A stretch of DNA of 64,000 nt, taken from the NCBI RefSeq assembly GCF_052425735.1, contig NC_135770.1, positions 26,846,001-26,910,000 on the forward strand. Reading direction: 5' to 3'. The notes below the pieces were generated by a model that saw only the letters and a program-made list of their open reading frames with translations, searched no databases and was not told the DNA's origin. Each line of letters begins with the position of its first letter. Position 1 is the first letter of the stretch. Below, one piece after another: positions 1-12,765 of the stretch. Origin of the DNA: Oculina patagonica. Taxonomy: Eukaryota. The position numbers and the translations under genes are program-made.

Positions 1-852
1 TTTGACCCGTTAGGGTTTGCTGCGCCTGTAGCGCTGGCTGCAAGATGCTTAGTGCAGAACCTGTGGAAGGCCAATTTAGGATGGGACGAACCCCTTAGCG
101 AAGATTCTCTGTTGAAGTGGAGGTCTTGGAAGTCTCAGCTACCTTCCTTATCACAGTTGCGCATCCCGCGATCCTATTTCCTACCAGATGATGACCCGCG
201 AGAATGCAAGTTGCAACTTCATGTCTTTTCAGATGCATCTGAGGTTGGCTATGGGACATCATCATATTTGCGTGTTGAGAACACGGATGGACGAGTCCAT
301 TGTACCTTCGTTATGGGCAAGGCTAGGAATGCACCAGTAAAGTTCGTCAGTATTCCTAGACTGGAGTTGCAGGCAGCTGTACTTGCAACTCGCATGTGCA
401 AAATGTTACGAGAAGAATTATTAGAACTGAACATTGACAGGACTTTCCTATGGACTGATAGTGAGATAGTACTGCACTATCTAAAGAATGAGAAACGAAG
501 ACTTCAAACCTTCGTAGCTAACAGAGTTAAAGAGATTAAAGAGCACTCACTTGTGCAAGATTGGAATCATGTGCCAGGAACTTTGAATCCTGCAGACTAT
601 GTGTCAAGGGGAATGACCCCATCTTCTCTGACCGCCAACCACAATTGGCTTCGTGGACCTGACTTTCTGTGGGGACCAGAAGACTCCTGGCCAGGACAAG
701 AATGTAGAACTTTGCCTACTGAAGGTCTGGAGCTGAAGAAAGAAACTCATGTACACTCTCTGGAACTGACCCCTGATCCAGCTGCAGCAAAGAAAGAAAA
801 CCCAGAATTTGAATCCCTCCTTGATCCTGCGGAGCACCCCTCCAAGTTCTGA
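1..852 (+). CDS. BEL/Pao pol, RT end and RNase H/A17 region (5'-partial; frameshifted relative to the integrase part)
   Basis: Frame open from base 1; ORF 52..852 carries typical Pao RNase H motifs; homology continues in another frame from about 840 (LQVLITTCSDWTRLRRKVAWLLRF). Confidence 0.9.
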   Translation, partial: FDPLGFAAPVALAARCLVQNLWKANLGWDEPLSEDSLLKWRSWKSQLPSLSQLRIPRSYFLPDDDPRECKLQLHVFSDASEVGYGTSSYLRVENTDGRVHCTFVMGKARNAPVKFVSIPRLELQAAVLATRMCKMLREELLELNIDRTFLWTDSEIVLHYLKNEKRRLQTFVANRVKEIKEHSLVQDWNHVPGTLNPADYVSRGMTPSSLTANHNWLRGPDFLWGPEDSWPGQECRTLPTEGLELKKETHVHSLELTPDPAAAKKENPEFESLLDPAEHPSKF

Positions 853-2315
853 TAACAACCTGCTCAGATTGGACCCGCCTCAGACGCAAGGTAGCATGGC
901 TCTTACGATTTACACAGTTCATTAGAGATAAAGACAAGGTCGTGACTGGAAGGTTAACCGTCGATGATTTGAATGCAGCTACGGTGGCTATTGCGAAGAT
1001 TGTCCAGAGCTCAGCATACACACAGGAGATTAAAGATTTGAAGTCAAATGGTGTCGTCAGAGCATCGAGCAAGATTGCTGCCTTGAATCCCGAATTGGAT
1101 GCCCAGGGAGTACTGAGAGTGAATGGACGTGGCCAGAAAAGAGTAGCAGAATCTACTATGGGCCGGCAAACCATTCTGCCCAGAAACCATGCCGTAGCTG
1201 AGAAGATTGTTCGTCATGTCCACCACTTCATTGGCCATTTGGGGCGTGAGCATGTGATAGCCAAACTGCGGGAAGACTTCTGGATCCCACAAATCCGCGT
1301 TCTAGTTCGCACAGACCTTAGCCGATGCGTCAAGTGCAAGAAAGTCCTTGCCAAACCCATGGTCCAGCAGATGGCACCTTTACCGGAGGCAAGGCTCATG
1401 GCATATGAACCACCATTCTCGTACTCAGGAATGGACCTTTTTGGCCCCCTGTACGTTAAACATGGCCGCGGGACCACAAAGCGTTGGTGCTGTCTCTTCA
1501 CCTGCTTAACCACTCGTTGTGTCCACCTAGAAGTGGTTAACTCAATGGACACCGACGATTTCATCCTGTGCTTGAGGCGTTTTATCAATCGTAGAGGCGA
1601 AGTGAAAGAGATACGTTGCGATAATGGCTCTAATTTTGTCGGAGCTCAGCGCGAGTTGAAGGAGAGTCTTGATGAATGGAACCAGGGACGGATCGAGAGT
1701 GAGCTTATCCAATACGGCTGCAAATGGGTATTCCAGCCCCCTACTGCATCGAGCATGTCCGGCGTGTGGGAACGTTTGGTTCGAAGCGCGAAGACGGTCC
1801 TGAAATCTATCCTAGGTGGACATGTGGTCACAGACGCGGTCCTGCAGACGCTGCTTACTGAGGTCGAGCGTGTTCTGAACGGCCGAGCCCTAACAGCAAA
1901 CTCGGATGATCCAAGTGATTTTGAGCCACTGACGCCAGCCCACTTCTTGATGCAGCGTAAGGTTGTTTGCTTACCACCCGGAGTCTTCAACAAGACTGAC
2001 ATGTACAAGAAGAAGTGGAGGCAGGTGCAATTTCTTGCCAACTTATTTTGGGAAAGATGGCTTAAAGAATACCTACCCATCCTGCAGCCTCGAGCTAAAT
2101 GGCGGAAGGCGTTGCCTAATGTTAAACCCAATGCATTGGTGCTGCTAGTCAACGATAACACCCCGAGGGGACACTGGAACCTTGGACGTGTCGTTGAGAC
2201 GTACCCTGGGCCAGATGGCTTGGTGCGAACTGTTAAAGTTAAAACTAAGGACAGTGTCTATGTTCGTCCTATACAGAAACTATGTTTGTTAGAAAATGAC
2301 CTGAATTCCATGTAA
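840..2315 (+). CDS. BEL/Pao pol, integrase region (zinc finger, DDE core, C-terminal domain)
   Basis: ORF 942..2315 with HHFIGH...CVKC, DLFGPL, DNGSNF, WERLVRS and PLTPAHFL motifs. Confidence 0.93.
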   Translation, partial: LQVLITTCSDWTRLRRKVAWLLRFTQFIRDKDKVVTGRLTVDDLNAATVAIAKIVQSSAYTQEIKDLKSNGVVRASSKIAALNPELDAQGVLRVNGRGQKRVAESTMGRQTILPRNHAVAEKIVRHVHHFIGHLGREHVIAKLREDFWIPQIRVLVRTDLSRCVKCKKVLAKPMVQQMAPLPEARLMAYEPPFSYSGMDLFGPLYVKHGRGTTKRWCCLFTCLTTRCVHLEVVNSMDTDDFILCLRRFINRRGEVKEIRCDNGSNFVGAQRELKESLDEWNQGRIESELIQYGCKWVFQPPTASSMSGVWERLVRSAKTVLKSILGGHVVTDAVLQTLLTEVERVLNGRALTANSDDPSDFEPLTPAHFLMQRKVVCLPPGVFNKTDMYKKKWRQVQFLANLFWERWLKEYLPILQPRAKWRKALPNVKPNALVLLVNDNTPRGHWNLGRVVETYPGPDGLVRTVKVKTKDSVYVRPIQKLCLLENDLNSM

Positions 2316-2397
2316 GAAGAAGTGCGTGTAACCTGAAGTCCATGTGAGAAGCCACATATTTGGGACGCTTTAGGGGATCGCCCCAAGGCGGGGTGGA

Positions 2398-2820
2398 TGT
2401 TGAGGCCGACTAGCGGCCGAAATTAATAACCGGAAATTGATTAAGGTCCGTTACTAACTGTGCACAAGTTGCTCGGACTGGATCGAGTCACGTGACTCGA
2501 TCGCACATGGTTTTGTGATGGAAAGAGTTTCGTGTCGGGCGGATTGCTCGACAGTGTTGTTTTTTGATACAGTTTTTACCACCTAAACCGCACAGAACAT
2601 GTAAGTTTTGATTTCATAGTTCCCGTTTTTTCTTATATTCCGAATGTATTGTAAAATTAGGTTTGTTTTGTTCAGTTTTTTACCGTAGGCGTAACAAGTC
2701 AGCGTGTCGATTAAGTTGTCAAGCCGTGGCGATGTTTGTACATTGGTACAACGAGCATCGCAATTAAAGCGTTGAGTTTACAACTGCGTGTTGAAAAGAT
2801 TCTGTGAATTGTCCCGAACA
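2398..2820 (+). repeat. 3' LTR of the BEL/Pao element (423 bp)
   Basis: Starts TGTT immediately after the PPT and ends AACA; ATTAAA near 2763; 5' LTR not in window so cannot be cross-checked. Confidence 0.8.
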
Positions 2821-3513
2821 ATTATCAACCAAGTAAAAGCAAATGAAGTTGAATTATGGGTATTGTATACACTCTACAGATCCCATTCTTGGCGACGAAT
2901 TAACATAATTATTATTTAACTCCAAAAAAGCTTAGCTTTCTTGGTTTGCAAATTTTGTTGAAGAACTATTATTTATGCTCTTCAACGTAACTGGTTAGTT
3001 TACAAGAAACGTCACCATCCTTTGCTCTCAAGTAACGATTTGATTGCTTAATTCTGTTCCATGTGACTCGGTTCTAGTAATCACACTGTGAACTTATGCA
3101 AAAAAACTAAATAATCAGATGCGACTTATTCGATTGGGCGACTGGGCTTGCTAGTTTTAATATTATGGACCGTTTCCTGCATAACAATGCATAAACAAAA
3201 CTCTCATCTTCGTTTTGCAGCGTGCCTGCGGGCACTTATTACATGGGGTATTACCGATGAACATCGATCCAAGAATGGTGCACTTCCGCTTGTTCGAATG
3301 TAATTCACTCGAAAACTGAAAAATTTGTTTCCAGCTTGGGGTGGAAATGAAGGTAACGGAAACTAAAAGAATCCAGTACAACAAGGAAGTGACATTCAAC
3401 CCCATCGCTACCAGACGTTTTCCTGTCTCGCTCTCCTCAACGTCCGCGACGGTTTTCTTTGCATAAGTAGACCAGGTAAAATAAAATCAAGCACGATGAC
3501 TAATTCAACTCAC

Positions 3514-3636
3514 CATTACAAGATTTGCCATCACCGGTGTACCCCGCATTACAAGCGCAAGTAAAAGAAGCCTCAGTATTAGTGCAGGTCGCCGACAAAT
3601 CACAGTCGTGAGTATTGGTAGTGCATTCATCTATGT
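3514..3636 (-). CDS. Gene A exon: calcium-binding EGF ([12 protein letters not shown]...GYTGDGKSC)
   Basis: 123 bp, phase 1-1, AG acceptor and GTGAGT donor. Confidence 0.9.
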
Positions 3637-6600
3637 CTGTCAACAAAAAGGTTTCGAGAAAATTATACACGGGCTTTAACAGTTTTAAAACTGTTTGAAA
3701 AATTCCTTTTTTTAAATAAGGAAATTAATGCTGCACAATTTTAAAGCTCAACCTTTGCAGCAAAATCGAACAAAGCAAACCTGAAACTCACCGCTACACA
3801 ATTTACCATCACCGGTGTACCCCTCATCACAAGCACAAATAAAAGAACCATCAGTATTGGTGCAAGTCGCCATCACATGACAGTCGTGAGAATTGGCAGT
3901 GCATTCGTCAATATCTGTCAAATAAAGATAACAACAAAAAACGTATGGTATCGCGGACATGAAAAATTAGAACTGGTCACCTAGTGTTAAAATAGTTTTC
4001 TTCAAGGATGTCCGGGTTGCCTGGGATCGCAATAAAAATATCCTTGCCAAAATTTATTCCAATTATTTTTTTACAGATTAGATATATTTGTTCTTTACAG
4101 GAATTCGTTTTTTAAAGCTGATCAGCTTCATCCTTGTTACAACTGCATGCTTAGTTTTTTGTAATACAAGGTAAATTAAGAGAAATTCGCGCAAATGATA
4201 CCCTGCACAAAGGTTTACGCGCGGTGCACATTTGACTTACCTGCACACGAGCTACCGGTATAGCCTGCTGGACATGCGCATTCAATGGACCCATCATTTG
4301 CCAAGCAAGCATCATTCTCATCTGCAAACACAACAATCTGTTTGCATATTGGCTTGATAAATGCTAGTCTTGCCTAAATATGGCAAAATGACTTCCAAGG
4401 AAGCTATGTTAATATAGCGCACAATTTTACTTCGTAATGCGTTATTTTCTTTGTGCTATTTTCTAAATGAAACAGAAAACATGTTTCTGTGTTTCTATAT
4501 CTATGTTTCTAGTTATATGGAGTTCTCCCAAACTTTCACGGATGTTTCTATTTAACAGTTAGATTATGAGCTCGAGATTTCTATCGCGCGATAGTTGATG
4601 AGGGCGAAGCCCGAATCAACTATCTAATTGCTTGAATCAACTATCTAATTTATTTATTTTAAATCTACTAGACGTTTAAAACATTAATAACAACAAGAAA
4701 GGCTCTCGTTTTTATTAAATAATGATATAAAATAGGTCACGTCACACGCGGATAATTGACAACTGCATCACATTGCAGTGGCTTCTGTGCGCGCGTTTGC
4801 AATTCATGCACGATTTGTTCAAGCCGTTATTTGCTCGAAACTGAAGGAAAAGCCAAGTTTTTTATTGTGAAATGACGATTGAAAGATGTACTGAAGTACA
4901 AGGGCCCTTGGAAGTCCATTTTTTTAAAATTCGAAAACGTAGACGATTAAAAAAATTCTGAAAAGTTGAACGAGTTGTTCGCAAGGAAGAAACCACATTG
5001 CTTCTGTGTGCGCCTTTGCATTTTATTCACGATTTATTGAGACCGTCATTTGTTCAAAACTGAACTGAAAGCCGGAACTTTTATTGTAAAATGACAATTG
5101 AAGGATATATTGACTAACGTACGTTCTTGAAAGTCAAGTTGGTTTCAGTCCAGGAAGCGTGAACTATAAGAAATTTATGAAAAGTTGAACGAGTTCCCGC
5201 AAGGAAAAACCTTGAATTCAATTATTGATGCATAAAAAAAACTTGTAAGCTTTATCTGTTTAGCTCTTCTTTTACTGCTTCTCGATGGGGCGATGAAATT
5301 GTGTTGGATTGTAAACCATTTTACAGAGCGGCTACTGTAACCGGGGTCACCCAGACAAAGTTAACCAATCACAAAGCAGAACGGAAACAATAAATTTCAG
5401 CATTTTTTCCTTCTGCCAATGAAATGTCGAGTACAGAACAAAGAAATTTCAACTTCTTCGTTCGCCACGAAAACATTTGGCATGGCGCTGGATTTTCAAC
5501 TAACTTCGATTGGAAAGTAAATATCAGCGGCATTAATCAAAGAGGAGTTCGAAACTGTGTCAAAACAGGGAAAGCAACGGCCATGCCATATGTCTCCAGA
5601 CGTAAAAGTGCGTGGCGGAGTTCGCTCGTGACAATTTTAAACAATTTCCTCTACGGCATCAACCGGAGTTTTGGTAATACCATTTGGAAAATAAATGCAC
5701 GTAGGGCCAGCAAAGGAAGACATTCTAAAGTGCATAACGTGCCAGTGAAAGCGACGGTGACAACATTTTTTTCACTTCACACAATAAAATGTCAGTTGAT
5801 ATGAGTGAAAAACAGTAAAATTTCATTTTGTTCACTCGTGAATTTCGAAGCTATTTACTTTATATGTTGAATAGAGCGTTAGCTAGCGTTGACGTTTTGA
5901 TTTAAAATTTGAGTAGTTTTACATGCTGTACCAGGAGCCCATCAAAGTTGATGGGCTCCTGGCTGTACAAATGAATGTCATTTGTCATGCAAGTTTTCAA
6001 GAATCGATTTGTGGAGGCAGTGTACGCGACGGACGTTTGTTAGAATTTTATTCTCGGGAAAAAATGAAACTTAATTGCTGGCTGTTTCAGTTTTTCTTGC
6101 AGACACAGGACAAATTCCGAACAGGAAAATCGGTGATGTTTTCAACACTAACATTCTTTGTTCATTTATTTATTTTTATCTGAATTTATTTCTTTTCGAA
6201 ACAAATTCCTTCACAAGCTTGTCGAGTTGTTGGTCCTGGATGATAAGGAGTGTATGGCGTATTTGAAATATTATTTCAAACTTTGCCGCCGGTCGGCTCT
6301 CTCGAGCACCTCAACTCTGCTCAACTTTGCTTTTAAACAGTTGAAAATTGGTCGCTCATTTGTACGCCAGAGAAGCTTCGGTTTTTTTCGGTTTTTTTTG
6401 GAGCTGTGTCATCTAGAGGATTTCTGAAATCTGATGGAAAACCACTGAGACAAACCCTGACTTGCAAGGGTTACGTCATTGCTAAATTAATTCCCCGGGG
6501 AATTCCCATTCAGCAAAACACAGGTCTAGTGTTTTTTCTCAAATTTGATTTAATTATTTGCTCCAATATTCCATTTTCGGAGCTGGTTATTCAATCTTGA

Positions 6601-9600
6601 AACGGTAATTCAAGACAACACTGGATGCTGATTTAAAAGATTTTTTTGTTTCACGGATCAGGATCGTGGGAATTAAATTTGGCCAGCATTAGCATATAAG
6701 AAAAATATTTAATTTCGGATGGAACTAGTCAACCATGAAATGTCACGCAAGGTGTTTTCCTACCATCTTGTTTGTCAGTCGCAACATTGTTCGACGCAGG
6801 TAAAGGGGATAAGGGGGGGGCGGCGCATTTTTTGTTCCCCTGACATGGCTCCCCTAAAGTGCTCACGAGACCAGCGCAGTTGTAAGCTCTAAGAGCTCTT
6901 GTTGGTAATGAAAACGTTACCGATGTTCCTGTTTGGAATGTGTTCTTTTTTCTGCATTATTACAATTGCGAGAAAACAATGAAACAGCCGGCTATAAAGT
7001 TTAACTTTTTCCGAGAATCAAATTCCGCCACACAGTTTGTCCAAACAAACAGCCGTCGCGCTTACTGCTTTCACAGAGATTGAAATCGATTCTCGCAAAC
7101 TTTCATGACAAATGACATTCATTTGTACAGCATGTGAAACTACTCAAATTTTAAATCGAAACGTCAACGCTAGCTAACGCTCTATTCAACATATAAAGTA
7201 AATAGCTTGAAAATGAAATTTTACTGTTTTTTTATACTCAACTGAAATTTTATTGTGTGAAGTGAAAAAAATGTTGTCATCGTCGCTTTCTCTGGCACGT
7301 TATGCACTTTAGAATGTCTTCCTTTGCTGGCTTTACTTTATTTTCCAAATGGTACTACCAAAACTCCGGTTGATGCCGTAGAGGAAATTGTTTGAAATTG
7401 TCACGAGCGAACTCCGCCACGCACTTTTACGTCTGGAGACATAACCGGCCTCTTTGATTAATGCCGATGATATTTACTTTCCAACTTGTGCTGTCACAAC
7501 TACTCCAGCTCAAAAGAGATGCAATCGAAGTTTGTTGAAAATCCTGCGCCATGCCAAATGTTTTCGTGGCGAACGAAGAAGTTGAAATTTCTTTGTTCTG
7601 TACTCGACATTTCATTGGCTGAAGGAAAAAATGCTGAAATTTATTGTTTCCGTTCTTTTTTGTGATTGGTTAACTTTGTCTGGGTGACCCCGGTTACAGT
7701 AGCCGCACTGTAAAATTTATTTCCACAACTGAATGTTATAAAATTATAAACTCGCCCGCTTTTAAAAGCGTAAATGAATAATAAATGCCTTTCTTACCGT
7801 GTAAAATCTTCATTTCATACTTCCATATAGTCTTCTTTTCTTCTCGGAAATCGCTTCGAATATTAAATTATCCCAGTCCTTCTTCACGGACAATTTAAAA
7901 AGCGATAAAGCGGCGGCCATTCACCAACCGCACGCTGTTTCGCTACTCACTTTCTACAACAGAATAGATAGTGAGTAGCGTAGCCAATCAGAGAACAGCC
8001 TGATTCGTGATAGAACGCTAGTAGATTTATACTAAACTCGATAGAAACACGCGACACGTTTTTTCATATAACAAACTAAGGAATGACGTCAGAACGCTTT
8101 TTCTTACCGTTAACACCGCAGTAACGTTGAGAGCATCCACTCGGCGTTTGCAATTTATAAACGTAGTACCCACTGCAGTTGCGTATTTCAACTGGATATG
8201 ACTCTTCACAGCAGAGTGACAACCAATGCATACAAACAGTTGTCGATACCAAGCCGTAAGCAACGTTGGGATGATCGCCATTAATCCAAGCAGTCTTGTG
8301 AGTGTTGCAACTTTTCTTTGGAATGCAATAGGTAGCCATCATTGTCCCAGCAGCCCCCGTGAAGCGGTACCACTGATTACTGATAATTGTATCATCGCAA
8401 AAAATAGCACCACTGGGGTCAACATAGTTCCAAAATCTGTTGGCCTCGTTCAGTTCGTTATATATGGAAGAGAAGCATTCAGGTGGAATTCCTGTATCTG
8501 TTTAGCAAAGCTGCGTTTTAATTTTTTTATCAACTGTAAAAAGCTACCTACATTTTAACATGCCCTATTTATATGTAGTTTAAGAGACTGCGCCAATATC
8601 AAGCAGGAAGGGGAATTAATAAAAGGGAGAGCGGTGATGTTGGGATGGCGAGGGGATACTATATAGAATCGGTGAAAGTCAGTGTGCAAATTTATCTTTG
8701 GCTAGCCTGAATTTCGGACGTCTCTCTATAGTCGCCAGCTCCCGAGAAGAGTCTCTTCTCGGGAGCTGGCCACTAGAAAGAGACGTCTGAAACTCTTTGG
8801 CAAGAATTGAAAGACGTATATAATATTTTTCATAATTTGAAAAAAAAACTGGTAATTAAACAATATTTTCAATTTCATGTCTCGCTCCCTTCAACGTCCG
8901 CGACGGTTTTTTTGCATCAGTAGACCAAGGTAAAATGTCGAGTAAAATAAAATCAAGCACGAGAACTAATGCAACTCACCGCTACACGATTTGCCGTCAC
9001 CGGTGTACCCCGCATTACAAGCACAAGTAAAAGAACCATCACTATTGGTGCAAGTCGCATACAAATGACAGTCATGAGTATTGGTCGTGCATTCATCAAT
9101 ATCTGTCAAAAATGATAACAACAAAATACATATGGTGTGGCGTAAATATAGGACACGGAAAACTGGAACTGGTCGCATTCCAAAAGGGTTGCCCAGTTTT
9201 GCATTGGGATCAAAATAGATAACATTCCTTTCTAAATTCATTCAAATTATTTGCTCGCTATATATTTGTTCATAAAAGGATTCGTTTCTCTAAAGATGCT
9301 TTGCTTCATCCTTGTCACAACTGCCTACTTAGTTTCTATTTAATACAAGGTACACTTAGAGAAATTCGTGCAAATGACACCTTGCACTAATGTAATTATG
9401 CGCCATGAGCGATGCATATTTGACTGACCTGCACACGAGCTACCGGTATAGCCTGCTGGACATGAACATACACTGGACCCATTTGTTGCCAGGCAAGCAT
9501 CATTCTCATCTGCAAGCAAAACAATTCCCTTGCATATTGGTTTGATAGCGTAGCCTCAAAATAGTATCGTCACTTCCAAGGAGAAGTGTCTGGTCTAGCC

Positions 9601-12600
9601 TATATACAATAAAGTCACTTACAAGGAGGAGTGCGATAAGTCAAATCACTATCAAACTAGGAACTAAATAAAGAATTAATAGAATAAAAAACAAGACAAA
9701 ATAGCGTTGAATAGGAAGGTAGTACAGAAACACAGAAACGATAAAAAGATTGTGGTTAGAACAGAAGGAAGAAAAGAAGGATGGAAGGAAGGAAGAATAA
9801 CTAAACAGTGCTTTGAAAAGTATAAACAAGCTCAAATAACAATGCAAGGACTAACGACAGAACGTTTTTCTTACCGTTGACACCGCAGTAGCGTGCAAAA
9901 CACTCACTAAGCTTTTGCAATTTATAAACGTAATATCCGCTGCAGTTGCGTATGTCAACAGGGTACGTCCTGTCACAGCAGAGTGAAAACCAATGCGTGC
10001 ACACTGTTGTGGACACCAAGGCGTAAGCAACATTAGGATGTTCACCATTAATCCAGGCAGTCCTATGAGTGTTGCAGCTTGATTGTGGAATGCAATAGGT
10101 AGCCATCATTGTTCCAGCAGCCCCCGTGAAGCGGTACCACTGATTACTGGCAATTGTGTCATTATCGCAAAAAGCACGACCATCGGGGTCAACATAGTTC
10201 CAATATCTGTTGGCCTCGTTCAGTTCGTTATACACGGAAGAGTAGCATTCAGGTGGAATGCCTGTACCTGTTTAGCAAAGCTGTGTTTTAAGTTTTGATC
10301 TATTTTAATAAATGTGCTGCATATTTGCATGCCCTATTAATATGTTGTATTTTAAGAGACTGTGCCATATTGAGGTGGAAGGGGAGTTGATAAACCTGAG
10401 AACACTGTGATGTTGGTAGAAAAGGAAGGGTATTGACACAATGTAAAATCGAAGAAGGTCAACGTGTATTTTACCCTATGGCAGTTTGGTCGGGGTATAT
10501 CTAATTTTCATAATTTGACAACCTCAATAGTCATTCAACAATAAGCCTGTATCAATTATATTATAAATTTGTTTAGCTCCATCTGTTTAACATCAATCGA
10601 CTGGTGTTTCTCCGATGACACAAATTTCAAACGAGCTCTCTTGTTTCTGTTTTCCATGGGCACATTCCTCCGTATCTTAGCCTTCCATCGTACATTCTTC
10701 TTGACTTTTATTCAAATATTATAGGACTAAAAATACGGCTTGTATTCCCACAGGATTTCCTAATCCTTCCAAGTTTATTTTACTTCCACAACTTAACGGT
10801 AACATCAAATAACAATGTCAGGATTATCATATCACTGGAAGCGGTTAACCTTTCCCATAACAATAACATTTTTTAGATAAACTAACAATACAAGTCACGC
10901 ACTGGTGCATAACTTTCCATCGCCGGTGTATCCCACATTACAAGCACAAGTAAAAGAACCATCAGTATTGGTGCAAGTCGCTGACAAATCACAGTCGTGA
11001 GAATTGGCAGTGCATTCGTCAGTATCTGACAAAAGTTATTAAAATGATTAGTTGCTAGGGAAGGACTAAATAGATGCTATTGTAAAAACGGAGCGGGCAT
11101 TAGTATAGTTTACTTTTGAGCTCAGAAGATGCAAATGTGAGCAAAAAAACTATCCAGTTATTTTAGACGGAAACACGGCATTGTTGTTAATAATACCTCA
11201 AATGGTTACTATGAGCACATAATTTAGCAAATCAAGGTTGCGATACCAACGTTATAGTTATTCTTTCTTTTCTCCTTTCTTCCTTCCTTTCATAAAAGAG
11301 GAACAAATGTACTGGTGTTCGTATAGTGCCGGTGATCGTCTGGGTGAGAGTAGTTCTGAAAAGAACTGTTGTTGGTGACTGATGTTTCGACAACCTGGGC
11401 GGAAGTCATCTTCAGAGTCCTTTTTAGAGTCAAATTCTGAAGATGACTTCCGCTTAGGTTGTCGAAAAGTCAGTCACCAACAACAGTTTTTTTCAGAACT
11501 ACTCTCGTCCTGACGATCACACTATACGAACTACTGATACTATTTCCTATGTTAGGAACAAATGTACTACATACTGACTACATAAACAGGAACGTTATGA
11601 CTTTTCTGTCTTAATTTGAATTTTCATTTCTTCGATTTTATGATAGCTTCAACACGGTATATGTATACCCTTTTTTCCATTGCAATGTTTTTTTTTTCTG
11701 CTTGGTCAGTCAATGCTCGACTCACCGCTACACGATATGCCGTCACCGGTGTATCCCACATTACATGTACAAGTAAAAGAACCATCAGTATTGGTGCAAG
11801 TCGCCGATGAATCACAGTCATGAGTATTGGTGGCGCATTCGTCGATATCTGTCAATAGCATGATTTAAAAATAACTGAAATTACCAGTAACAAAGTTGAC
11901 CTATATGATACTCAGAATGCGGTTGGGATTTAATTGTTCATTATGTTTTATTAAGGCAAATTAAGGCTGTTCTCATTGCAACATTTTTTCAATGTCCGCT
12001 GTTCCTCTTATTTTCATGTGAAGCTTACTAAGGTTTCTCCCTGAGCGGCATTTGCAAAAATAATACTCGGCAACGTGATTTCTGAAAACATAAATTTTGT
12101 AATTTGATTACATTGAAATAAATAATTATTAATTTGGAAGGGAGGCTTATTTGTAAGAAACATTTCTAGGGTGTAATTACATAGTAATATGAACTCACCA
12201 CTGCATGGAGGTCCGCTATAGCCAGCCTGGCATGAACAATCAGAGGAACCATCAGCGCTGGCCCGGCAGGCATCATTTTCCCCTTTAAGTAATGATAAAA
12301 CGCTTATTTTTTTTAGGTAAATATGGGTATACACAGTTGTATATGCGATGTTAAAGCGTGCGTTTTGATAAGAACCATGAAACGTTGGCTATTGTTGCTC
12401 TTACTATTTCTTGACGTCCCTTTGAGTCTCAACATAATAAACGAAAAGATGTCTAGGTGGAAATGCAATTCCATTTTTCAGTTGAATTATGTCTTAATAT
12501 TTAAGTGAAGACAGCTGAAAATTTAATTATGAAAACTAATAGGTCCTTTGAAATGTTCGTTTCAGTTTAGATGCACCCCGTGGTGATAAGCAATGATGTT

Positions 12601-12693
12601 CAGGAGAGCCAGTCAGTCGGCCCTTTCGAGAGTCTGTCCGTCCGCCCGTCCGTTACGCTGTTAGTCAATCGATCAGTGACATCAGTCGATCAG

Positions 12694-12765
<72 letters not shown>

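Larger units (their letters stand above)
1..2820 (+). mobile_element. BEL/Pao LTR retrotransposon, 3' part (pol, PPT, 3' LTR); 5' part lies outside the window
   Basis: FDPLGFAAPV at base 1, LHVFSDAS/IPRLELQAA/WTDS RNase H-like motifs, H-H-C-C zinc finger, DLFGP...DNGSNF...WERLVRS integrase and a Pao-type C-terminal domain (W..GRV.ETYPG.DGLVR); purine tract GGCGGGGTGGA followed by a TGTT...AACA LTR. Confidence 0.95.

Noticed and set aside
3163-3405. 80 aa Cys-containing ORF as a possible terminal exon of gene A
   Set aside because: No domain similarity and no convincing phase-1 acceptor found
5424-6600. Several 60-126 aa ORFs inside the foldback element
   Set aside because: No transposase or other recognisable motifs; partly within the TIR arms
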